DNA of 64,000 nt from Lingula anatina. Taxonomy: Eukaryota; Animalia; Brachiopoda. The stretch is taken from the NCBI GenBank assembly GCA_051362555.1, contig CM120643.1, positions 11,194,144 to 11,258,143 on the forward strand, written 5' to 3'. The translations under genes and the position numbers were made by a program. The notes below the pieces were generated by a model. The model did no database searches and was not told the origin of the DNA. It was given only the letters and a program-made list of their open reading frames with translations. Below, one piece after another: positions 35,014 to 47,000 of the stretch (positions are counted from its first letter, which is position 1; each line of letters starts with the position of its first letter).

Positions 35014-38000
35014 GCCAGATAGGGTTGAAAAAATTTTTTTCTTCATTATTGTGATCAGAAGGTGTGTTTGGTCATTTGTAGTCAGTATAAAGTACTAGAA
35101 CAGTGGTTTTGTCAACATTAAGGAAGAAATAGCGCAAAAACTCTCCCTGCCCCCCCTCTCTCCAAATCCTATTCTCAGGAGTGCTTTTTGGCAATCCTTA
35201 AAGCTGAAATTGGGGGCTTTAATGAAGTGACCTGGACGCGTTTCCACATTTTTTAAGAATGACAGGTGTGGTAGATTGATTACAGTCACATTTCGGAAAA
35301 ATCAGAGACGGGTCGATCCTGGGTGATTTTGAGTGATTTTCATAAGGTCCGGATATGGCAGTTTTCTTCAATTTTGGCCAGATAGGGTTGAAAAACTTTT
35401 TTCTTCATTATTGTGATCAGTAGGTGTGTTTGGTCATTTGTAGTCAGTATAAAGTACAAGAACAGTGGTTTTGTCAACATTAAGGAAAAAATAGAGCAAA
35501 AACTCTCCCTGCCCCACCTCTCTCCAAATCCTGTTCTCAGGAGTGCTTTTTGGCAATCTTTAAACCTGAAATTGGGGGCTTTAATAAAGTGACCCGGGCG
35601 CGTTTCCACATTTTTTATGAATGACAGGTGTGGGAGATTGATTTTAGTCACATTTCAGAAAAATCGGAGATGGGTCGATCCTGGGTGATTTTGAGTGATT
35701 TTCATAAGGTCCGGATATGACAGTTTTCTTCAATTTTGGCCAGATAGGATTGAAAAATTTTTTTCTTCATTATAATGTCAGGTAGGTGTGTTCGGTCATT
35801 TGTAGTAAGAATAAAGTGCTGGAATAGTGGTGGTGTCAACATTAAGGAAGAAATAGAGCAAAAACTGTCTCCCTCTCAGATTCTGTTCTCAGAGCTTATT
35901 TTTGGATCATCTTTAAAGCTAGAATTGGGGGCCTTGATGAAGTGACCCGGGCGCGTTTCCACATTTTTTATGAATGACAGGTGTGGTAGATTGATTTTCG
36001 TCACTTTTTGGAAAAATCGGAGACGGGTCGATTTTTGGTGATTTTGAGTGATTTTCATAAGGTCCGGATATGGCAGTTTTCTTCAATTTTGGCCAGATAG
36101 GGTTGAAAAACTTTTTTCTTCATTATTGTGATCAGTAGGTGTGTTTGGTCATTTGTAGTCGGTATAAAGTACAAGAACAGTGGTTTTGTCAACATTAAGG
36201 AAAAAATAGAGCAAAAATTCTGTCTCCCCCCCCCCCTCTCAGATTCTGTTCTCAGAGCTTATTTTAGGATCATCTTTAAAGCTAGAATTGGGGGCCTTGA
36301 TGAAGTGACCCGGGCGCGTTTCCACATTTTTTATGAATGACAGGTGTGGTAGATTGATTTTCGTCACTTTTTGGAAAAATCGGAGACGAGTCGATTTTTG
36401 GTGATTTTGAGTGATTTTGATCAGTGCCGGCACTGTGAGATTTCTTCAATTTTGGCCAGGTAGGGATGAAAATTTTTTTTCTTCATTATAGTGTCAGGTA
36501 GGTGTGTTCGGTCATTTGTAGTAAGAATAAAGTGCTGGAAGAGTGGTGGTGTCAACATTAAGGAAGAAACAGAGCAAAAACTCTGTCTCCCCCCCCCCTC
36601 TCAGATTCTGTTCTCAGAGCTTATTTTTGGATCATCTTTAAAGCTAGAATTGGGGGCCTTGATGAAGTGACCCGGGCGCGTTTCCACATTTTTTATGAAT
36701 GACAGGTGTGGTAGATTGATTTTCGTCACTTTTTGGAAAAATCGGAGACGGGTCGATTTTTGGTGATTTTGAGTGATTTTGATCAGTGCCGGCACTGTGA
36801 GATTTCTTCAATTTTGGCCAGGTAGGGATGACATTTTTTTTTCTTTATTATAGTGTCAGGTAGGTGTGTTCAGTCATTTGTAGTAAGCATAAAGTGCTGG
36901 AAGAGTGGTGGTGTCAACATTAAGGAAGAAATAGAGCAAAAACTCTGTCTCCCCCCCCCTCTCAGATTCTGTTCTCAGAGCTTATTTTTGGATCATCTTT
37001 AAAGCTAGAATTGGGGGCCTTGATGAAGTGACCCGGGCGCGTTTCCACATTTTTTATGAATGACAGGTGTGGTAGATTGATTTTCGTCACTTTTTGGAAA
37101 AATCGGAGACGGGTCGATTTTTGGTGATTTTGAGTGATTTTGAACAGTGCCGGCACTGTGAGATTTCTTCAATTTTGGCCAGGTAGGGATGAAATTTTTT
37201 TTTCTTTATTATAGTGTCAGGTAGGTGTGTTCGGTCATTTGTAGTAAGAATAAAGTGCTGGAAGAGTGGTGGTGTCAACATTAAGGAAGAAATAGAGCAA
37301 AAGCTCTGTCTCCCCCCCCCCCTCCCAGATTCTGTTCTCATAGCTTATTTTTGGATCATCTTTAAAGCTAGAATTGGGGGCCTTGATGAAGTGACCCGGG
37401 CGTGTTTCCACATTTTTTTTGAATGACAGGTGTGGTAGATTGATTTTCGTCACTTTTTGGAAAAATCGGAGACGGGTCGATTTTTGGTGATTGTGAGTGA
37501 TTTTGATCAGTGCCGGCACTGTGAGATTTCTTCAATTTTGGCCAGGTAGGGATGAACAATTTTTTTCTTCATTATAGTGTCAGGTAGGTGTGTTCGGTCA
37601 TTTGTAGTAAGAATAAAGTGCTGGAAGAGTTGTGGTGTCAACATTAAGGAAGAAATAGAGCAAAAACTCTGTCTCCCCCCCCTCTCAGATTCTGTTCTCA
37701 GAGCTTATTTTTGGGGGCTTTGATGAAGTGACCCGGGCGCGTTTCCACATTTTTTATGAATGACAGGTGTGGTAGATTGATTTTCGTCACTTTTTGGAAA
37801 AATCGGAGACGGGTCGATTTTTGGTGATTTTGAGTGATTTTGATCAGTGCCGGCACTGTGAGATTTCTTCAATTTTGGCCAGGTAGAGATGAAAAATTTT
37901 TTTCTACATTATAGTGTCAGGTAGGTGTGTTCAGTCATTTGTAGTAAGAATAAAGTGCTGGAAGAGTGGTGGTGTCAACATTAAGGAAGAAATAGAGCAA

Positions 38001-41000
38001 AAACTCTGTCTCCCCCCCCCCCCCCCCTCTCAGATTCTGTTCTCAGAGCTTATTTTTGGATCATCTTTAAAGCTAGAATTGGGGGCCTTGATGAAGTGAC
38101 CCGGGCGCGTTTCCACATTTTTTATGAATGACAAGTGTGGTAGATTGATTTTCGTCACTTTTTGGAAAAATCGGAGACGGGTTTATTTTTGGTGATTTTG
38201 AGTGATTTTGAACAGTGCCGGCACTGTGAGATTTCTTCAATTTTGGCCAGGTAGGGATGAAAATTTTTTTTCTTCATTATAGTGTCAGGTAGGTGTGTTC
38301 GGTCATTTGTAGTAAGAATAAAGTGCTGGAAGAGTGGTGGTGTCAACATTAAGGAAGAAATAGAGCAAAAACTCTGTCTCCCCCCCCCCCCCCCTCTCAG
38401 ATTCTGTTCTCAGAGCTTATTTTTGGATCATCTTTAAAGCTAGAATTGGGGGCCTTGATGAAGTGACCCGGGCGCGTTTCCACATTTTTTATGAATGACA
38501 GGTGTGGTAGATTGATTTTTGTCACTATTTGGAAAAATCGGAGACGGGTCGATTTTTGGTGATTTTGAGTGATTTTGAACAGTGCTGGCACTGTGAGATT
38601 TCTTCAATTTTGGCCAGGTAGGGATGACATTTTTTTTTCTTCATTATAGTGTCAGGTAGGTGTGTTCGGTCATTTGTAGTAAGCATAAAGTGCTGGAAGA
38701 GTGGTGGTGTCAACATTAAGGAAGAAATAGAGCAAAAACTCTGTCTCCCCCCCCCCCTCTCAGATTCTGTTCTCAGAGCTTATTTTTGGATCATCTTTAA
38801 AGCTAGAATTGGGGTCCTTGATGAAGTGACCCGGGCGCGTTTCCACATTTTTTATGAATGACGGGTGTGGTAGATTGATTTTCGTCACTTTTTGGAAAAA
38901 TCGGAGACGGGTCGATTTTTGGTGATTTTGAGTGATTTTGAACAGTGCCGGCACTGTGAGATTTCTTCAATTTTGGCCAGGTAGGGATGAAATTTTTTTT
39001 TCTTTATTATAGTGTCAGGTAGGTGTGTTCGGTCATTTGTAGTAAGAATAAAGTGCTGGAAGAGTGGTGGTGTCAACATTAAGGAAGAAATAGAGCAAAA
39101 ACTCTGTCTCCCCCCCCCCTCTCAGATTCTGTTCTCAGAGCTTATTTTTGGATCATCTTTAAAGCTAGAATTGGGGTCCTTGATGAAGTGACCCGGGCGC
39201 GTTTCCACATTTTTTATGAATGACAGGTGTGGTAGATTGATTTTCGTCACTATTTGGAAAAATCGGAGACGGGTCGATTTTTGGTGATTTTGAGTGATTT
39301 TGAACAGTGCCGGCACTGTGAGATTTCTTCAATTTTGGCCAGGTAGGGATGAAATTTTTTTTTCTTTATTATAGTGTCAGGTAGGTGTGTTCGGTCATTT
39401 GTAGTGAGAATAAAGTGCTGGAAGAGTGGTGGTGTCAACATTAAGGAAGAAATAGAGCCAAAACTCTGTCTCCCCCCCCCCCTCAGATTCTGTTCTCAGA
39501 GCTTATTTTTGGATCATCTTTAAAGCTAGAATTGGGGGCCTTGATGAAGTGACCCGGGCGCGTTTCCACATTTTTTATGAATGACAGTTGTGGTAGATTG
39601 ATCTTCGTCACTTTTTGGAAAAATCGGAGACAAGTCGATTTTTGGTGATTTTGAGTGATTTTGAACAGTGCCGGCACTGTGAGATTTCTTCAATTTTGGC
39701 CAGGTAGGGATGAATTTTTTTTTTCTTTATTATAGTGTCAGGTAGGTGTGTTCGGTCATTTGTAGTAAGAATAAAGTGCTGGAAGAGTGGTGGTGTCAAC
39801 ATTAAGGAAGAAATAGAGCAAAAACTATGTCTCCCCCCCCCCCCTCCCAGATTCTGTTCTCAGAGCTTATTTTTGGATCATCTTTAAAGCTAGAATTGGG
39901 GGCCTTGATGAAGTGACCCGGGTGCGTTTCCACATTTTTTATGAATGACAGGTGTGGTAGATTGATTTTCGTCACTATTTGGAAAAATCGGAGACGGGTC
40001 GATTTTTGGTGATTTTGAGTGATTTTGAACAGTGCCAGCACTGTTAGATTTTTTCAATTTTGGCCAGGTAGGGATGAAATTTTTTTTTCTTTATTATAGT
40101 GTCAGGTAGGTGTGTTCGGTCATTTGTAGTAAGAATAAAGTGCTGGAAGAGTGGTGGTGTCAACATTAAGGAAGAAACAGAGCAAAAACTCTGTCTCCCC
40201 CCCCCTCTCAGATTCTGTTCTCAGAGCTTATTTTTGGATCATCTTTAAAGCTAGAATTGGGGGCCTTGATGAAGTGATCCGGGCGCGTTTCCACATTTTT
40301 TATGAATGACAGGTGTGGTAGATTGATTTTTGTCACTATTTGGAAAAATCGGAGACGGGTCAATTTTTGGTGATTTTGAGTGATTTTGAACAGTGCCGGC
40401 ACTGTGAGATTTCTTCAATTTTGGCCAGGTAGGGATGACATTTTTTTTCTTTATTATAGTGTCAGGTAGGTGTGTTCGGTCATTTGTAGTAAGCATAAAG
40501 TGCTGGAAGAGTGGTGGTGTCAACATTAAGGAGGAAATAGAGCAAAAACTCTGTCTCCCCCACCTCTCAGATTCTGTTCTCAGAGCTTATTTTTGGATCA
40601 TCTTTAAAGCTAGAATTGGGGGCCTTGATGAAGTGACCCGGGCGCGTTTCCACATTTTTTATGAATGACAGGTGTGGTAGATTGATTTTCGTCACTTTTT
40701 GGAAAAATCGGAGACGAGTCGATTTTTGGTGATTTTGAGTGATTTTGATCAGTGCCGGCACTGTGAGATTTCTTCAATTTTGGCCAGGTAGGGATGAAAT
40801 TTTTTTTTCTTTATTATAGTGTCAGGTAGGTGTGTTCGGTCATTTGTAGTAAGAATAAAGTGCTGGAAGAGTGGTGGTGTCAACATTAAGGAAGAAACAG
40901 AGCAAAAACTCTGTCTCCCCCCCCCTCTCAGATTCTGTTCTCAGAGCTTATTTTTGGATCATCTTTAAAGCTAGAATTGGGGGCCTTGATGAAGTGACCC

Positions 41001-44000
41001 GGGCGCGTTTCCACATTTTTTATGAATGACAGGTGTGGTAGATTGATTTTCGTCACTTTTTGGAAAAATCGGAGACGGGTCGATTTTTGGTGATTTTGAG
41101 TGATTTTGATCAGTGCCGGCACTGTGAGATTTCTTCAATTTTGGCCAGGTAGGGATGACATTTTTTTTTCTTTATTATAGTGTCAGGTAGGTGTGTTCAG
41201 TCATTTGTAGTAAGCATAAAGTGCTGGAAGAGTGGTGGTGTCAACATTAAGGAAGAAATAGAGCAAAAACTCTGTCTCCCCCCCCCTCTCAGATTCTGTT
41301 CTCAGAGCTTATTTTTGGATCATCTTTAAAGCTAGAATTGGGGGCCTTGATGAAGTGACCCGGGCGCGTTTCCACATTTTTTATGAATGACAGGTGTGGT
41401 AGATTGATTTTCGTCACTTTTTGGAAAAATCGGAGACGGGTCGATTTTTGGTGATTTTGAGTGATTTTGAACAGTGCCGGCACTGTGAGATTTCTTCAAT
41501 TTTGGCCAGGTAGGGATGAAAATTTTTTTTCTTCATTATAGTGTCAGGTAGGTGTGTTCGGTCATTTGTAGTAAGAATAAAGTGCTGGAAGAGTGGTGGT
41601 GTCAACATTAAGGAAGAAATAGAGCAAAAGCTCTGTCTCCCCCCCCCCCTCCCAGATTCTGTTCTCAGAGCTTATTTTTGGATCATCTTTAAAGCTAGAA
41701 TTGGGGGCCTTGATGAAGTGACCCGGGCGTGTTTCCACATTTTTTATGAATGACAGGTGTGGTAGATTGATTTTCGTCACTTTTTGGAAAAATCGGAGAC
41801 GGGTCGATTTTTGGTGATTGTGAGTGATTTTGATCAGTGCCGGCACTGTGAGATTTCTTCAATTTTGGCCAGGTAGGGATGAACAATTTTTTTCTTCATT
41901 ATAGTGTCAGGTAGGTGTGTTCGGTCATTTGTAGTAAGAATAAAGTGCTGGAAGAGTTGTGGTGTCAACATTAAGGAAGAAATAGAGCAAAAACTCTGTC
42001 TCCCCCCCCTCTCAGATTCTGTTCTCAGAGCTTATTTTTGGGGGCTTTGATGAAGTGACCCGGGCGCGTTTCCACATTTTTTATGAATGACAGGTGTGGT
42101 AGATTGATTTTCGTCACTTTTTGGAAAAATCGGAGACGGGTCGATTTTTGGTGATTTTGAGTGATTTTGATCAGTGCCGGCACTGTGAGATTTCTTCAAT
42201 TTTGGCCAGGTAGAGATGAAAAATTTTTTTCTACATTATAGTGTCAGGTAGGTGTGTTCGGTCATTTGTAGTAAGAATAAAGTGCTGGAAGAGTGGTGGT
42301 GTCAACATTAAGGAAGAAATAGAGCAAAAACTCTGTCTCCCCCCCCCCCCCCTCTCAGATTCTGTTCTCAGAGCTTATTTTTGGATCATCTTTAAAGCTA
42401 GAATTGGGGGCCTTGATGAAGTGACCCGGGCGCGTTTCCACATTTTTTATGAATGACAAGTGTGGTAGATTGATTTTCGTCACTTTTTGGAAAAATCGGA
42501 GACGGGTTTATTTTTGGTGATTTTGAGTGATTTTGAACAGTGCCGGCACTGTGAGATTTCTTCAATTTTGGCCAGGTAGGGATGAAAATTTTTTTTCTTC
42601 ATTATAGTGTCAGGTAGGTGTGTTCGGTCATTTGTAGTAAGAATAAAGTGCTGGAAGAGTGGTGGTGTCAACATTAAGGAAGAAATAGAGCAAAAACTCT
42701 GTCTCCCCCCCCCCCCCCTCTCAGATTCTGTTCTCAGAGCTTATTTTTGGATCATCTTTAAAGCTAGAATTGGGGGCCTTGATGAAGTGACCCGGGCGCG
42801 TTTCCACATTTTTTATGAATGACAGGTGTGGTAGATTGATTTTTGTCACTATTTGGAAAAATCGGAGACGGGTCGATTTTTGGTGATTTTGAGTGATTTT
42901 GAACAGTGCTGGCACTGTGAGATTTCTTCAATTTTGGCCAGGTAGGGATGACATTTTTTTTTCTTCATTATAGTGTCAGGTAGGTGTGTTCGGTCATTTG
43001 TAGTAAGCATAAAGTGCTGGAAGAGTGGTGGTGTCAACATTAAGGAAGAAATAGAGCAAAAACTCTGTCTCCCCCCCCCCCTCTCAGATTCTGTTCTCAG
43101 AGCTTATTTTTGGATCATCTTTAAAGCTAGAATTGGGGTCCTTGATGAAGTGACCCGGGCGCGTTTCCACATTTTTTATGAATGACAGGTGTGGTAGATT
43201 GATTTTCGTCACTATTTGGAAAAATCGGAGACGGGTCGATTTTTGGTGATTTTGAGTGATTTTGAACAGTGCCGGCACTGTGAGATTTCTTCAATTTTGG
43301 CCAGGTAGGGATGAAATTTTTTTTTCTTTATTATAGTGTCAGGTAGGTGTGTTCGGTCATTTGTAGTGAGAATAAAGTGCTGGAAGAGTGGTGGTGTCAA
43401 CATTAAGGAAGAAATAGAGCCAAAACTCTGTCTCCCCCCCCCCCCCTCAGATTCTGTTCTCAGAGCTTATTTTTGGATCATCTTTAAAGCTAGAATTGGG
43501 GGCCTTGATGAAGTGACCCGGGCGCGTTTCCACATTTTTTATGAATGACAGTTGTGGTAGATTGATCTTCGTCACTTTTTGGAAAAATCGGAGACAAGTC
43601 GATTTTTGGTGATTTTGAGTGATTTTGAACAGTGCCGGCACTGTGAGATTTCTTCAATTTTGGCCAGGTAGGGATGACATTTTTTTTTCTTCATTATAGT
43701 GTCAGGTAGGTGTGTTCGGTCATTTGTAGTAAGCATAAAGTGCTGGAAGAGTGGTGGTGTCAACATTAAGGAAGAAATAGAGCAAAAACTATGTCTCCCC
43801 CCCCCCTCCCAGATTCTGTTCTCAGAGCTTATTTTTGGATCATCTTTAAAGCTAGAATTGGGGGCCTTGATGAAGTGACCCGGGTGCGTTTCCACATTTT
43901 TTATGAATGACAGGTGTGGTAGATTGATTTTCGTCACTATTTGGAAAAATCGGAGATGGGTCGATTTTTGGTGATTTTGAGTGATTTTGAACAGTGCCAG

Positions 44001-47000
44001 CACTGTTAGATTTTTTCAATTTTGGCCAGGTAGGGATGAAATTTTTTTTTCTTTATTATAGTGTCAGGTAGGTGTGTTCGGTCATTTGTAGTAAGAATAA
44101 AGTGCTGGAAGAGTGGTGGTGTCAACATTAAGGATGAAACAGAGCAAAAACTCTGTCTCCCCCCCCCTCTCAGATTCTGTTCTCAGAGCTTATTTTTGGA
44201 TCATCTTTAAAGCTAGAATTGGGGGCCTTGATGAAGTGATCCGGGCGCGTTTCCACATTTTTTATGAATGACAGGTGTGGTAGATTGATTTTTGTCACTA
44301 TTTGGAAAAATCGGAGACGGGTCAATTTTTGGTGATTTTGAGTGATTTTGAACAGTGCCGGCACTGTGAGATTTCTTCAATTTTGGCCAGGTAGGGATGA
44401 CATTTTTTTTCTTTATTATAGTGTCAGGTAGGTGTGTTCGGTCATTTGTAGTAAGCATAAAGTGCTGGAAGAGTGGTGGTGTCAACATTAAGGAGGAAAT
44501 AGAGCAAAAACTCTGTCTCCCCCACCTCTCAGATTCTGTTCTCAGAGCTTATTTTTGGATCATCTTTAAAGCTAGAATTGGGGGCCTTGATGAAGTGACC
44601 CGGGCGCGTTTCCACATTTTTTATGAATGACAGGTGTGGTAGATTGATTTTCGTCACTTTTTGGAAAAATCGGAGACGGGTCGATTTTTGGTGATTTTGA
44701 GTGATTTTGAACAGTGCCGGCACTGTGAGATTTCTTCAATTTTGGCCAGGTACTGATGAAATTTTTTTTTCTTTATTATAGTGTCAGGTAGGTGTGTTCG
44801 GTCATTTGTAGTAAGAATAAAGTGCTGGAAGAGTGGTGGTGTCAACATTAAGGAAGAAATAGAGCAAAAAGTGTGTCTCCCCCCCCTTCTCAGATTCTGT
44901 TCTCAGAGCTTATTTTTGGATCATCTTTAAAGCTAGAATTGGGGGCCTTGATGAAGTGACCCGGGCGCGTTTCCACATTTTTTATGAATGACAGGTGTGG
45001 TAGATTGATTTTCGTCACTATTTGGAAAAATCGGAGACGGGTTGATTTTTGGTGATTTTGAGTGATTTTGAACAGTGCCGGCACTGTGAGATTTCTTCAA
45101 TTTTGGCAAGGTAGGGATGAAATTTTTTTTTCTTTATTATAGTGTCAGGTAGGTGTGTTCGGTCATTTGTAGTAAGAATAAAGTGCTGGAAGAGTGGTGG
45201 CGTCAACATTAAGGAAGAAATAAAGCAAAAACTCTGTATCCCCCCCCCTCTCAGATTCTGTTCTCAGAGCTTATTTTTGGATCATCTTTAAAGCTAGAAT
45301 TGGGGGCCTTGATGAAGTGACCCGGGCGCGTTTCCACATTTTTTATGAATGACATGTGTGGTAGATTGATTTTCGTCACCATTTGGAAAAATCGGAGACG
45401 GGTCGATTTTTGGTGATTTTGAGTGATTTTGAACAGTGCCGGCACTGTGAGATTTCTTCAATTTTGGCCAGGTAGGGATGAAATTTTTTTTTCTTTATTA
45501 TAGTGTCAGGTAGGTGTGTTCGGTCATTTGTAGTAAGAATAAAGTGCTGGAAGAGTGGTGGTGTCAACATTAAGGAAGAAATAGAGCAAAAACTCTGTCT
45601 CCCCCCCCCCTCTCAGATTCTGTTCTCAGAGCTTAATTTTTGGATCATCTTTTAAGCTAGAATTGGGGGCCTTGATGAAGTGACCCGGGCGCGTTTCCAC
45701 ATTTTTTATGAATGACAGGTGTGGTAGATTGATTTTCGTCACTATTTGGAAAAATCGGAGACGGGTCGATTTTTGGTGATTTTGAGTGATTTTGAACAGT
45801 GCCGGCACTGTGAGATTTCTTCAATTTTGGCCAGGTAGGGATGAAATTTTTTTTTCTTTATTATAGTGTCAGGTAGGTGTGTTCGGTCATTTGTAGTAAG
45901 AATAAAGTGCTGATAGAGTGGTGGTGTCAACATTAAGGAAGAAATAGAGCAAAAACTCTGTCTCCCCCCCCCCTCCCAGATTCTGTTCTCAGAGCTTATT
46001 TTTGGATCATCTTTAAAGCTAGAATTGGGGGCCTTGATGAAGTGACCCGGGCGCGTTTCCACATTTTTTATGAATGACAGGTGTGGTAGATTGATTTTCG
46101 TCACTTTTTGGAAAAATCGGAGACGGGTCGATTTTTGGTGATTTTGAGTGATTTTGAACAGTGCCGGCACTGTGAGATTTCTTCAATTTTGGCCAGGTAG
46201 GGATGAAAATTTTTTTTCTTCATTATAGTGTCAGGTAGGTGTGTTCGGTCATTTGTAGTAAGAATAAAGTGCTGGAAGAGTGGTGGTGTCAACATTAAGG
46301 AAGAAATAGAGCAAAAACTCTGTCTCCCCCCCCCCCTCTCAGATTCTGTTCTCAGAGCTTATTTTTGGATCATCTTTAAAGCTAGAATTGGGGGCCTTGA
46401 TGAAGTGACCCGGGCGCGTTTCCACATTTTTTATGAATGACAGGTGTGGTAGATTGATTTTCGTCACTTTTTGGAAAAATCGGAGACGGGTCGATTTTTG
46501 GTGATTTTGAGTGATTTTGAACAGTGCCGGCACTGTGAGATTTCTTCAATTTTGGCCAGGTAGGGATGAAAATTTTTTTTCTTCATTATAGTGTCAGGTA
46601 GGTGTGTTCGGTCATTTGTAGTAAGAATAAAGTGCTGGAAGAGTGGTGGTGTCAACATTAAGGAAGAAATAGAGCAAAAACTCTGTCTCCCCCCCCCCCC
46701 CCCTCTCAGATTCTGTTCTCAGAGCTTATTTTTGGATCATCTTTAAAGCTAGAATTGGGGGCCTTGATGAAGTGACCCGGGCGCGTTTCCACATTTTTTA
46801 TGAATGACAGGTGTGGTAGATTGATTTTCGTCACTTTTTGGAAAAATCGGAGACGGGTCGATTTTTGGTGATTTTGAGTGATTTTGAACAGTGCCGGCAC
46901 TGTGAGATTTCTTCAATTTTGGCCAGGTAGGGATGAAAATTTTTTTTCTTCATTATAGTGTCAGGTAGGTGTGTTCAGTCATTTGTAGTAAGAATAAAGT

